63,102 bases of DNA, filler included, from Stramenopiles sp. TOSAG23-3 (GCA_900128585.1; 13 parts of 13 records of this genome joined end to end with filler, not necessarily neighbours in it), one strand, 5' to 3'. Positions 19,707 to 30,900 are shown, counted from the whole stretch's first letter. The notes: generated by a model from the sequence alone, not told the origin. Numbers and translations are program-made.

Positions 19707-22700
19707 AACAGAGCGCAAGATTTTCAAAAAGAGAAGATCGGGCAAGTAGAAAAAAAACAAGGGGCAGAAGACGACGGGGAAACGAAAGCGGCAGCGGAAA
19801 CCGGAGGGCTGGGAACGCGCAGAACTGCACCCCCGAACAACGTGCCTGTACAACACGAACGTTCCTCCAGCACGGCATCGCTGGAAAGAGCAGAGAAGTG
19901 GGGAATCGATAATTCCAACAGTCAAGCGCCGGCAGAGCGCACGTCCGGCAAGTTGGCGTCGAGCGGGAAAGGCGTATCTGCGCCCGCCGCCCCTGCTGCG
20001 TCTCCCGCCATGGCTGAAAGCGTGGGCGCAGGGCCTGGGACAGTCGTGCTCGACGGCGTGGCCTACGGGGACAAAAAGTTGGTTCAACAAAAATTTGTGG
20101 ATATATCGGATAGTGCCCAAGGTCGGTGGAAGCGGGACAGCAAGTGCGACATGGAGCTGCCAAGGGATGGCGCTGACTTTCGCTTCATTCTGGATTGTTT
20201 CCGGTTCAAGTTTGACGACGAAAACGAGTGGAAAGAATTCAAAGCGACGCTCGACGGCGTTTATTATGGCCCTTCCACATCGTTCAAGTACCGGCTGTCC
20301 CACCAAAGCCGAAAAAAATGGACAGATTTCAAATCGAAACACCGTGAATTTTGCTTGGAATGCATCAAGTTCCCGCTCACCATCAACAATGTCCCCTTCG
20401 GTTCAAAGGAAGAGTTACGAGACTGCTTGGAAAATATAAAATCCAAACGCTTTCGAAGGCACCTGAATGACGACGACAAGCAGGTTGTCCTCGAGCTCAG
20501 CAAGTATTGGGTCGAGACGATCGTGCACTCGGTGCGGGTTATTCAAAGGTGGTGGACCAGTCCAGAACGCATGCCTTTCTTCCGGCCCAAAGTTGACGGT
20601 GTCCTGGGAACGTTCTACCCAAAACTTTTTTACCGTAGTGGCGGGAAGTGCTTCAAGTTGGTCCGTCGCGCCTTGATGGGGAAGATGGGCTTCGTAGGAC
20701 CCAACAATAGCGTCGGCGTGCCGAAGCGAAAATTCTTACTCATGCCGCCGCCGTCCGTCGTGGACCAGGCAAGGGTGGAAAGGGACGTCACTCGTGCACC
20801 CGCCGAGGAGTTTCAACGACTGGACCGTATGCACCGAGCGTTTCTGGAACAAACACCAGACGCTCTGTTTCCAGAGGACGAGGACGATTTGAGGAAACGC
20901 GGCGTCGCAGCCTTTCGGGAAGAGCTGCGGGCAATGAAACTGCTCTCCATACGAAAGGAGTACGGCGAGAAGATGGATCAAAAAACAAAAAACGTTTTCA
21001 AGGGGTTGGCCGGCCTGCGCGGTATTAAGAACAGCAGCGTTGCTGCAGGGCTATTTATTCCTGCGCGCTCGCCCAGTGGTGAAATACTGGGAGCCCAAAT
21101 AAAGCCAATCAAACGAGCGCCCACGGAAGGGGGGGAGGAAAAGCAGGCGAAGTACAAGTGGTGGGGCGACTGCGTCAAAACAATAGCCAACGGTGGTCGC
21201 CCGACGAAACAATCGCATCAAATGATCTTTCGCGATTCCAAAAACGCAGGGCGCATCGAGAACCCTTTATTTTGCTGGAGAAATTTTGAGGGCCAAGTGG
21301 AGAGTGCAGAAACGATCGCTCTCTGCGAAGGTGCGTTGAAACCCGCGATTGCATACCTACTGGCCCAGGGCAAAACGTTCGCAGGGTGCGAGCAGGACGA
21401 TGGTGCCTCGTACTCGGTGGACGCCTGGATCGGTGCGGCCGGGGGGGCGTTCGAAGGTTCTCGCGTCATGCTGCACGAGTACTTGAGCAGGTTCGTACAA
21501 TTAAAGACCGTGATCTTGTTTCCAGATGCAAACACGGTCACACTGCTCTCCGAAACGGAGAGCGATTGGTCCTGTCTTCATAACATGACGATAGAGCTGG
21601 TGAAAGCGTTCGTCGTGCTCACAAATGATGTTGGCCTCAGAGAAGACCAGATCAAGGTGGCCTATTGGCCTCAGCAGAACATGGAGGCTGACAAGGGCGC
21701 GCTGGACATCGACGACCTATTGAACACTCTCGTGGGGGCAAAGGCTGTGCGGATCCATCCTTGGTCGTACTTTAAAGAGCACGTTGTTAACCTGAAAGGC
21801 GGGCCATCCTGGGCCACTAGGGATGCCATCCAGCGGAACTTTGATTATCATTTGTCCCGTTGGAAGGATGCGACGTCCCAGCAGCAAGGGTACGCGGGCG
21901 CCGTCGCTCGAACGAGCTTACCCTCGCCTCCCCAGACCGCCAAGAAGAGTCCGAGTAAGAGCTATCCTGGGATGGCCAAGGGGGCGACGTCCCAGCAGCG
22001 AGGGTACGCGGGCGCCGTCGCTCGAACGAGCTCCCCCTCGCCTCCCCAGACCGCCAAGAAGAGTCCGAGTAAGAGCCTTGCCAGTGAGAAAGAATTGGAA
22101 ATCGTAGATTCCGTGCGCAGAAAGCATCGCAGCATCGAAGACCGCTGCATGAAAGTGTTGGAAGGAAAGCCATCGGCGAGCCCTGAAGAGCAAATTGTAA
22201 AACTGACGAAAGACGAGATTAAATTCTACTTTGCCCTTCTGTCGTATCACCCAGACTGGGACACGAAAAGCGTTGGTGTAAAATCATTTACTTTCGGCCC
22301 GCACAGCCAATTGCAGGGCAGCACATTTTATGCAATACTGCTAGACTATGGGGACAGACACGACACGTTCAGCCTCAAAAAGATCCTGGCAATGATGCGG
22401 TCCAATGTGAATGCCGTCGGCATGAACAAGAACAAGGAAAATCAATTCGTACTTCGCGAATCAGGTCGTACGAAAGGACCCTCGCCTGCGTCCCACGATT
22501 CGGTCGAAGCGCTGCGCTCGAGGCTTGCCAAAGCGTCCACAGCCACAGAACTTTCCACAGCCCTTGCCAAAGCGTCTATTGATTCTATTCGGGCCCAGCA
22601 CAATCGCATCAGCGACCGTTGCCGGAAGGCCTGGGACGCCACGTCCCGAACTAAGCTTGATTATGTGGAACTAAGTGAGGATGAAATCAAATTCTACTTT

Positions 22701-25082
22701 GCCCTGCTACCGCACCACCCAAACTGGGACACGAAACGGATTGGCTTGGAATCGTTTACTTTTGGACCGAAAGGAAAGAACGTCGGAGTTCTCTTGGAGT
22801 ACGGGGACAGGAAGGACACCTTCAGCATCAACAAAATTTTAAAGACGGTAAGGCGCAGCCGTGAGCTCGTGCGCGAGTCCGAGAGCGAGGCGGCCGACTC
22901 GGCACCGCATTCGCACGGTGTGGAGAAACCCAAAAACGAGGGCAAGGCGACTTCAGCAGACTCGAAACCGTTTTCAGACACCCCAGTGGACGCTTCCGGG
23001 GCTGCGCCGTGCGCTACCGCAGCCGAGGAGCGTGGACCGGAGACGGAGAGGACCACGCCGACTGTATTCGAAAAGTTCAAACACTTAATTGAAATCCGCG
23101 AAATTGACTTGGCTGCCGAAAGGAAAGTCCGCACCCAGTTCAGGTGGCATGTCGTATCGGATACGCCCGACTACGCTGACACCGTGGACGCGACCATCCC
23201 TTATGACTTCAGCCGTCTCGAAGACGATGATCGCGAGTGCGTGTGGGACGATGACGCAGACGAACTGTACCAGTCCGACGTGAAGCAAAAATTGCTCAGG
23301 GTGGAGGTGGAGTACCTAGGGTCGACCCCCGTCGCTTTCGACCGACGGCAATGGAAGCAGCTTCTGGACGTGGACTTTATTATGTTAAAAAACAACAAAT
23401 CGGAGAGGGACGAGTACGTTGTTCCAGACATATACCAGACGGGGGAGTCGGCCGATCTGTTCCTCGAGTCGCTGGATCGTTTTTTGGTCGAGGATGTCGC
23501 CGACGTCCTCTCTGTCGGAGAAACCAAATCGGAAGCGGCCCCTTTCAAAATTGCAGACGGAGTGTTCCGTCACGGGGCCGTCCTGTTCGGTACCTCTCTG
23601 CGGGACGTTCGTAAGGTGGTCTCCCCGCAGCTCGTGACCAAAAGTCTGTCTTCGACGGCGTACCGGAAAGGAAAAGAGAGGGTTACCCACAAGGATCACT
23701 ACCGCAAGAAAAACGTTGTGTTGTGCCACCATCACCAGCCGTTTCTTCAAGTGGCGGCATTTCCGAACACTGTTGGGCAGAACAGTTCGAAAACCCAACG
23801 GTCCGACTTCCTACCCTCGGAAATTCTTAAGTTTCACAAAACACTCAGGCAGTTCCACTACACTCCTATTAAATTTTTAAAAAGGTGGCTGAAGGGCTTG
23901 CACGAGCGCGGTGTGGTGAGGGCCGAGATAATGGAGAAGGTCCAAGCGTCGGATTGGAACGGTTTCTCCCTTCGGTTGAAGGACGAGGCCCTGAGCCAGG
24001 AGGCGCACATGCACGGCTCGTTCAGTTCCGTTGCAAGAATATTTGACGGTGACAACGGAGTGGATTTCCTCAGCTACGAGCGGCTGGAAAAGCTGGGCGA
24101 TGCCGTTCTTGAGTACTGCGTGATTACACTGCTTGCGGGAACGATGCCAAGCAACCTCATGTGGGCGGTGCCCTTCGTTCGTTCGGCCCTGTGCAGCAAC
24201 AGATACCTTGCCTGCGTCAACCGGAAGTTCGGCATCTACGACTTTGCGTTCAAGAAAAATCTGCCGAAGCATGTCGAAGCGGTCGCCGACAAGCTGTTGG
24301 CCGACCAGGTGGAAGCGTGGATCGGCGCAAAGTACACCGACGAAGGCGGACCAACAAAGCAGGGCATTGCGGTGGTGAGGGCGCACGTCGCTCACCTGAT
24401 CTCGTCGTGCAGCCATGCGGACATGGTCGACGCGTTCGGGTCAGCCAGCGAGCGTCTGTCTCGGACGTCTGAGTCCATGAAGAAAGAAATTTGCGATCTC
24501 GTGAGCCGGTGGTCGGATCATTCCCCGGGTGCCGCACCGTTCAACGTCCAAGCAGTCGAACGACGGATAGTCTTTCAAAGCTTTTACAGCAAACGGCTCC
24601 TCCGAGTGTGGGGAACGGTGCTGAAAAAGTTGGGCATCACCGACCACGCGTTTCGGCGGACTTACTTTTGCAACTCAAAGAAGGTTTGGCGAAAGTTCGA
24701 CGAAGGGCACATACACGCCGTCCAGATCCTTCTGGAGTTCAAAGAGATCATTCAAAAAAATGTCCTGCAGTCTGGGATCGTGAAGGCGAAGCCACCGGAG
24801 CACTTGGGCGGGGAAGACCCGAGCACGTACGCCACGTACGAGTTCTTTATGATCCTGGCCGCGACGGACGCAAAGTCCGGGTTTGAAGAAGCGATTCGTC
24901 TGATCAGGACGCACATGATCCAGCCTTTGTTCGGTGGTACCGGCGACCTGACGTCCCTCTCACCCGACGACATCGAGAAGAGAATAAAAGAAAACTGGAC
25001 CTCCCCTCAGCTGGGTCGGCACCAGATAGCTTGGATTGTGCTTGATAATTTGTACGGAGAGGGCCAGTATATAATGCCATAA
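19563..25082 (+). CDS. 5'-partial large multidomain protein: WG/GW repeats - DCL/DUF3223-like - Toprim primase-like (CyRepA1/DUF3854-like) - 2x DCL/DUF3223 - RNase III
   Basis: Frame is open from the contig edge (first ATG 19614). Motifs: GWG repeats; LCEGALKP / WIGAAGG / LFPDAN / VAYWPQ / DIDDL (Toprim); two YHPDWDTK..GV.SFTFG...DTFS units (DUF3223); YERLEKLGDAVLE and LADQVEAWIGA (RNase III). Confidence 0.85.
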   Translation, partial: GSREGAAPSWGSTRDENMESTGWGSREGAAPGWGSTRDENTEVDGWGSNRAQDFQKEKIGQVEKKQGAEDDGETKAAAETGGLGTRRTAPPNNVPVQHERSSSTASLERAEKWGIDNSNSQAPAERTSGKLASSGKGVSAPAAPAASPAMAESVGAGPGTVVLDGVAYGDKKLVQQKFVDISDSAQGRWKRDSKCDMELPRDGADFRFILDCFRFKFDDENEWKEFKATLDGVYYGPSTSFKYRLSHQSRKKWTDFKSKHREFCLECIKFPLTINNVPFGSKEELRDCLENIKSKRFRRHLNDDDKQVVLELSKYWVETIVHSVRVIQRWWTSPERMPFFRPKVDGVLGTFYPKLFYRSGGKCFKLVRRALMGKMGFVGPNNSVGVPKRKFLLMPPPSVVDQARVERDVTRAPAEEFQRLDRMHRAFLEQTPDALFPEDEDDLRKRGVAAFREELRAMKLLSIRKEYGEKMDQKTKNVFKGLAGLRGIKNSSVAAGLFIPARSPSGEILGAQIKPIKRAPTEGGEEKQAKYKWWGDCVKTIANGGRPTKQSHQMIFRDSKNAGRIENPLFCWRNFEGQVESAETIALCEGALKPAIAYLLAQGKTFAGCEQDDGASYSVDAWIGAAGGAFEGSRVMLHEYLSRFVQLKTVILFPDANTVTLLSETESDWSCLHNMTIELVKAFVVLTNDVGLREDQIKVAYWPQQNMEADKGALDIDDLLNTLVGAKAVRIHPWSYFKEHVVNLKGGPSWATRDAIQRNFDYHLSRWKDATSQQQGYAGAVARTSLPSPPQTAKKSPSKSYPGMAKGATSQQRGYAGAVARTSSPSPPQTAKKSPSKSLASEKELEIVDSVRRKHRSIEDRCMKVLEGKPSASPEEQIVKLTKDEIKFYFALLSYHPDWDTKSVGVKSFTFGPHSQLQGSTFYAILLDYGDRHDTFSLKKILAMMRSNVNAVGMNKNKENQFVLRESGRTKGPSPASHDSVEALRSRLAKASTATELSTALAKASIDSIRAQHNRISDRCRKAWDATSRTKLDYVELSEDEIKFYFALLPHHPNWDTKRIGLESFTFGPKGKNVGVLLEYGDRKDTFSINKILKTVRRSRELVRESESEAADSAPHSHGVEKPKNEGKATSADSKPFSDTPVDASGAAPCATAAEERGPETERTTPTVFEKFKHLIEIREIDLAAERKVRTQFRWHVVSDTPDYADTVDATIPYDFSRLEDDDRECVWDDDADELYQSDVKQKLLRVEVEYLGSTPVAFDRRQWKQLLDVDFIMLKNNKSERDEYVVPDIYQTGESADLFLESLDRFLVEDVADVLSVGETKSEAAPFKIADGVFRHGAVLFGTSLRDVRKVVSPQLVTKSLSSTAYRKGKERVTHKDHYRKKNVVLCHHHQPFLQVAAFPNTVGQNSSKTQRSDFLPSEILKFHKTLRQFHYTPIKFLKRWLKGLHERGVVRAEIMEKVQASDWNGFSLRLKDEALSQEAHMHGSFSSVARIFDGDNGVDFLSYERLEKLGDAVLEYCVITLLAGTMPSNLMWAVPFVRSALCSNRYLACVNRKFGIYDFAFKKNLPKHVEAVADKLLADQVEAWIGAKYTDEGGPTKQGIAVVRAHVAHLISSCSHADMVDAFGSASERLSRTSESMKKEICDLVSRWSDHSPGAAPFNVQAVERRIVFQSFYSKRLLRVWGTVLKKLGITDHAFRRTYFCNSKKVWRKFDEGHIHAVQILLEFKEIIQKNVLQSGIVKAKPPEHLGGEDPSTYATYEFFMILAATDAKSGFEEAIRLIRTHMIQPLFGGTGDLTSLSPDDIEKRIKENWTSPQLGRHQIAWIVLDNLYGEGQYIMP
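21870..22076 (+). repeat. 114-nt (38-aa) tandem duplication within the CDS
   Basis: ATSQQ[QR]GYAGAVARTS[LS]PSPPQTAKKSPSKS occurs twice, starting at 21870 and 21984, nearly identical at DNA level. Confidence 0.95.
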
Positions 25083-25252
25083 AAATATATAATTGTAATT
25101 CAACAGACATTCACATAAATTATTATTTTAATACCAAGTAATCAAGCCACAATGCAATTCCATGTAATTTTCTCATCGTTCTTTAGAAAATAAAAACACG
25201 ACCGTCGTTGTTTTTTTTTAAGTAAAGGTCGTTGGTAGGCGCCTGTTCTGTA

Positions 25253-25693
25253 AAGTGTTCAGTGTCCTTGGCGCGAAAAAAAATCCGACTCGATTTTCAA
25301 AGTATGGAAGCTTGAGAGCGGACAACGACAAAACAAAGCAAGAGGAACGCTTGTCCATATAAGTTTAGATCACGCGGCCGCTCCTGGCACAATTTCCGCG
25401 TCTGAACGAACGTTTATAAATTGTTTGCCCTAAAATGACTTGGAATTTCGGTTCCTAGGGACAATTTTTTGTTAATTCCGCGATTTAACCAATACGCTAC
25501 CCGGACAAACATGTGTTTCTTTGAAAGCTTTAGAAAATTGAACCGTACGTGGATACTTTCTCATATCTAAAAATAATTTTGACCCGTTAAATTTATTTAA
25601 AAAACTCTTTTTTCACAAAGATCTCTTCGTTTGAAATAGTTAACACAAAGCCCATTACCATTTTTCAATTCCGCGCCAAAGATACTTGCACTG
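25253..25693. mobile_element. Candidate MITE / non-autonomous element with imperfect terminal inverted repeats
   Basis: AGTGTCCTTGGCGCGAAA (25261-25278) versus the reverse complement of 25669-25686 (AGTATCTTTGGCGCGGAA), 15/18 identical. Interior is non-coding. No clear TSD. Confidence 0.3.
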
Positions 25694-26419
25694 ATAAAAA
25701 CTCGTCCTCCATCCTCCTCTCCTCCTCTCTTCATTCTTCATTCTTCTCTCCAAATTATTTGATGATCCAACGCATCCTCCCAACTCTCAAAAAAGGATAA
25801 AAAGAAAGAGAAGATATTAATTACATAAAAAATTAAAACAACTACTACTACTATACCACACAGTAGGGTAAAAAATAAAAAATAATAATACAGCAGAGAG
25901 AGAGAGAGAGAGAGAGATGAGAGAGAGAGAACGGTATTTATTTATTTAGTTTAATTAAAAGTTTAAAGTCGTTNNNNNNNNNNNNNNNNNNNNNNNNNNN
26001 NNNNNNNNNNNNNNNNNTTAATTAATTAANNNNNNNNNNNNNNNNNNNNNNNNNNNNNNNNNNNNNNNNNNNNATGATTGATGGATTATTAGTTAGCTTG
26101 CCCCCCCTCCTCCTCCGAATTCTTCCACGACACACACCACCCCACTCCACTCAACAAAGAAAATAATAATGATAAAATACTACACACTGTGTAGTAGTAT
26201 ACTAATAATAATAAAATAATATAATAAATAATAATAATAAATATACTACTTCTTAAAAATATTTGAATAGACAACAAACAATAAATGAATTAAGATTTAT
26301 GTTTGAATGAATGGCATGTATAGAACGATCATTTGTAAAAGTAATACGTGATATTCGATTAGCCCCCGGCCGCCCCAGTTTGTCTCTTTGTTATATACCG
26401 CGAGGAGCTTTTGAAAAGA

Positions 26420-27334
26420 ATGTACCTTCGGCGACGCTTGGACTGTCGGCTTCTACCAAAATCCTGTTGGAGGTCGTCTTCCACGGTGAAGAAGGGCGAT
26501 TGGTACAACTTTGTTGGGGAAGTGAAGGAAACTGATGAGAGTGGTGATCTAAGTATGAATGTTTTTGGGGGGTTTGCTGATGAATATGACGTTGCGAGGC
26601 CTTTCTATCCAAAAGAAATGTGGGACAATTTGGTGCTGGACGCAGGCGAAGGCGCGAAAGTAGCTGCTGACATTGCTGCAGGGACAGGTCGGGGCTGTTT
26701 GGAGCTTGCCCGCCGCAATTTTGATGCTACTGCCATTGATCTAGACCCTGGGATGCTGGAACAGGTTAAAACACACGCGGCCACGCAAGGACTCGACGTT
26801 AGCACGATTAAGGCTCCAGCAGAATCGACCACGTTGGAAGACAATTCCGTGGATGCTCTAGTATGTTTGCAGGCTTTTCATTGGTTTGATTCACAAAAAG
26901 CTGTTGCGGAGTTTCACCGGATTTTGAGAAACGAAAACGGTATTGCTGTCGTTGCGTGGAACGACAGGGACCTCAGTGTACCCTGGGTTGCCGAAGTAGA
27001 AGATGTGTACGAAAAGTACAACCCATTGTACAGCAGAGACTTGAAACTCGCAGAGTACGTCGTTGACAACGGCAACAAATTTACAGAGACGGGGCACTTC
27101 GACATTGACTCTGTACGGTTTTACAATAACCCAACAAAGTCCATGACAGCGGAATCCTTGATTGACTTGACGTGGACTTTTAGTTACGTCCGCGGCCCTT
27201 TTGAGGGTGAAAGCGACGAGAAGGTTGCAGAATTCGAAGAGGAATTGAGGAGCATAGTCCGGCGCCACCACGGAGATGCCCCATTCGAATTGCCCTGGGT
27301 ATGCAAGGCTTACACTCTACGGCCAAAAGCATAA
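26420..27334 (+). CDS. Class I SAM-dependent methyltransferase (Methyltransf_11-like)
   Basis: YDVARPFYP, ADIAAGTG (motif I), AIDLDPGML, APAEST, VCLQAFHWFD, EFHRIL. The Arg-rich N-terminus may be an organellar presequence. Confidence 0.9.
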   Translation: MYLRRRLDCRLLPKSCWRSSSTVKKGDWYNFVGEVKETDESGDLSMNVFGGFADEYDVARPFYPKEMWDNLVLDAGEGAKVAADIAAGTGRGCLELARRNFDATAIDLDPGMLEQVKTHAATQGLDVSTIKAPAESTTLEDNSVDALVCLQAFHWFDSQKAVAEFHRILRNENGIAVVAWNDRDLSVPWVAEVEDVYEKYNPLYSRDLKLAEYVVDNGNKFTETGHFDIDSVRFYNNPTKSMTAESLIDLTWTFSYVRGPFEGESDEKVAEFEEELRSIVRRHHGDAPFELPWVCKAYTLRPKA

Positions 27335-27940
27335 CTTTTAAAATGACATCCTCTGTGACATTTCTTGGGGGCTCCTCCTGTACCCTAGAGTATTTTTTTA
27401 CATGCTTATAGTTCGAGGACGGTGCGTGCTGAGAGCTCGGTATTAATATCGAAAAAAACAGCGAGCAAAGTATTTTTTGTATGCACCAAAATGGGCTGGG
27501 TGCACTTTCGGGATTCGTGGTGTTTTATGATGAAACTTTTAAACTTTTTATCAAACAAAATTAAAATGTTCTACGAAGTACTACGTTAGACACTACACGG
27601 ACGTTAAATCAGAAAAATGGAAACCACACATTTTTAAAACAGAGAAAAAATTGGCTGTTAATTAAAATTAATGTACTGCGAACTGAAATCTATCTTTGCT
27701 CTTTTGGTCTTACTAATCGATATACCCTTGTCACTTAGTATTGACTATCATTCTCAGAGATGTACTCCCTTTGTGACCTGAATCGGTAGATGGATTAACA
27801 CAGCTTCCACATGACCCATAATCAACTTCCTCATCCGGTGTTCCACTCGTAGATGGTTCATTCCTTGTGTGATCTTCAAAGACTTAAAGTATAAAACTGA
27901 ATTAGGTTTTTGTTTGTTCTAATTAAAGTTTAAGTGAAGT

Positions 27941-30900
27941 TTAGCCCCAATGAGAACATTGCTTGCACGGAAGCCCTTCCGTGAACGGCGGGGCGGCCTT
28001 TGAAAAGTCGATATAAGGTTGCCCACAGCATGTCCATAGCTGTTCTTTCACCCCCGTTTCTCCGGGAGTCGGGGTTTCTCCTTCAAGGCAATCGCGCACT
28101 CGAAAAATTCGCTTTCCTGGGTGGTACGAACACACATCTCCGCGGTTCGTATCGTCCGTAAAAAACTTTAGACATGAAGCCCGTCTGCACTGTTTTTGCC
28201 GTTGCGGGGAACAGCTCAACTGGATAGATGCCATCATTTCACGAATGTGCTCTGGATATTCCCCCAAGGCCTTCTCCGGATCGTGGCTTCCCCTATAGCT
28301 CTTGAACATTGTCTTGATTTCAGGAGTTTCTGCGTCACCAAGCATTGATTGATCTTCACCATCTTGGGAAAACGGAGACCGCATGTCTTGCTCGATGGCA
28401 GTCCCTTTCAACCCATAGCCCCACTCGTCGTCTTCTGCGAGGGAGTCGTCACTTGGCAATTCTTCTTCGCTGACGTATCCCGAAATAATAATTTGCGATT
28501 CTCCGACGGCGATATCGTCTTTGTTCATCGAATCTTCCGCTGAATCATTGTCCTTCTCTTCGTCGGATTCAACAACTTCTTGCCCGCGAAGGCGCACCGG
28601 CTTCTTAGCCGTTCGTAGCATTCCAATCGCCTTTATCGGAAACCCGTACAAGTCTTCCAGATTCGGGAACTCAAACCTTTCAGTTCGCATTGTGGCCTCG
28701 GCTTTGAACGCGAGCTCAGCCTTGTACGCCGACACACCGTCCTTTTCCATCCGGAGCGCCACCTGCGTCGCCTTGTCGTAGATTTCCAGCTCTTTGACAC
28801 CATCTTCGTCCGTAACAAGAAAGTTCACTATTGTGCTCCCTTCTTTGATATTTTCGAGGATTAGCCCATAAAGTGGGCATTTGATGTTCTTTGATATGTC
28901 AAGCTTCACCTTGGTTGTGAATTTTTCGTAGGATTGGAGAGCCGTCCCGTAATCCAGTTCGAGGGTCACCTGGGCCCGGAAGCCCTTCTGAAAAACTTCT
29001 TCAATATTTCTATCGTATTCTACCTCTTCGCAACGAACGGCTTCCCCAAGGGCAAAGTTGTCCATCACAGGGCACATCAACATAGTGTTTTGGTGTAGCA
29101 TTTCAGCATACGCGTGGTTCTCATGAGTTCCGTAGTTCTCTTTATTCTTAAAAGTAATAAGCAAAGGTTCACGCACGCTGCACATGTAAAAATTCGGCTC
29201 CATGGCATATCGGCGTCCCCACCCCAGGACGCCGCCGTACCCAAACGCGGCTGTCATCATTGAAATAGGGAACAAAAAGTACATGAATGGTGGGATTTCC
29301 AAGAAGAAATCAACGTCGATTATCCAAAAGACAAAGAAAACCAGGCCACTGGTTGGGAAGGCCACGCCCGCCAGCACTCCCCCAACCGTCATGCACCGCC
29401 GACTGCAGCATCCGTTTGCAAATTCTCTAATGTTGTCCTGCCGAAGCTCGATGAACCAGGGGTATATCAAAAGAAATTTATGCAGGAGCATAGGCCCACC
29501 AAACAGCTTCAGGCACGCGAAGAGGGATATCAGCAGCGTAATGCCACTCGGCAAAAATTCACTGGTCAAGAACATCAAGAGCCCCCAAGGAAACGATGAT
29601 ATGACCAAGAACGCCGCCGAGACTTTCGTCCACATAATGGTGGCTTCCTCGGTGCTCATAATTCGCTCACAGAATATTGGGTTTTCCTCGTCCCCGTTGA
29701 TTATTAACCTGTCCATTGTAATTAACTCGTTCTTTGGCAGATCATCTGTTCTGTGAAACACCTGAAACGTGGGAGTGCGAGACAAGAACGGGATACCTAC
29801 CCGCACCCACGATACATACCATGAAAGTGGCACTTCGATTAGCACTAAAATGATTGCTAGGAGCAGTGGGTTGGCATTGAAGTTAATATCAAGAAAGTAC
29901 TCCCAAAAGACAATGGGATGAACGGACTTTACCTCTGCCGTCAAACTGGTCGCAGTGTCTATACGAATGGTGCCGCGGTTCAAAGCACGGAGCACAGCCA
30001 GGGCGGCCAGGCATGAAGCGTTCAGTGGGATAATGGTAAAGAAGAAATTCTGCCATCTCCTGTCTTCATCAGGGGTAAACGTGATTACTTCCATCTTACT
30101 GTTCGACAGTGAGGTTTCTACCAAGTACCTGTGTTTGTGCTCCTTGCGTTCCCTCACCTCGTGTGCCGGAGGGAGCCGGGACTCTCGTGTAGGCTTATGG
30201 CGTAAGCCTAAGCGTGCCATCAAATTTCGCAGAAATTTGTGATTTGTGTATTTGGTGTCTATTGCACACCCTAAGAGAACACTCACAAGCCACATTAGCA
30301 CCATGGACTCCCCCGTAGTCGCCATCTGCGTCTCTTCGGCAAAATTATAATGGCCAGAGTAGACCCCGCACTCTTCCGAAGTGGGCTTTTCTGGTTTTGC
30401 GGCCCCGTAGCCTTTTGCACACTTTCGGCTATTGAAACAGCACTGGGCGTCGGCATCATTTGAGATGGAAGCAGCTTTCGCGTCCCTCCACGGATCCAAG
30501 GTCTCCCAATCGGGCGGGAGTGCGTTGGCAATGATGGTGACATTGTCCAAGGCAACAAAATCGTCAGAAATTTTAAAATCGCGTTGCTCAAACCGAATGT
30601 ACGTTGAAGTGGTCCATGCCCGCTTCGGAATGTCGACCGTCAAATTGAAAAACCACGGCGATTTGTAGACTTGGGCTCCAAACTGTTCAATGGGCTGCCA
30701 CGATGCTTGGTTGTCAATGCTATACACGAGAAACATGTCCCCGTTGAAGGCCGCACGGCAGAATTCATCGTGTGGTTTACCAGTGTCGTAGATAAAGCCC
30801 CCGAATTTAATAGAAAATGAAATGTAGCCCCCGTACTCAATGTTCAGTGCGTAGGTCGTTATGTCGCGGAACTTTTGTCCCGCAAAGACCATTGCCTGCT

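Noticed and set aside
19563-25082. Calling the large ORF a canonical Dicer or a transposon/virus gene
   Set aside because: No DExD helicase, PAZ or clear second RNase III domain; no transposase, RT, integrase, capsid or SF3 helicase motifs seen.
15932-27334. Apparent neighbourhood of the RNase III/Toprim gene with the methyltransferase (HEN1-like role) or leishmanolysin
   Set aside because: They are separated by linkers, so adjacency is artificial. The methyltransferase also lacks recognisable HEN1 features.
27733-27886. Coding-like 50-codon minus-strand stretch (VFEDHTRNEP...VNTK*) between convergent genes
   Set aside because: No start codon or recognisable family; at most a gene remnant.
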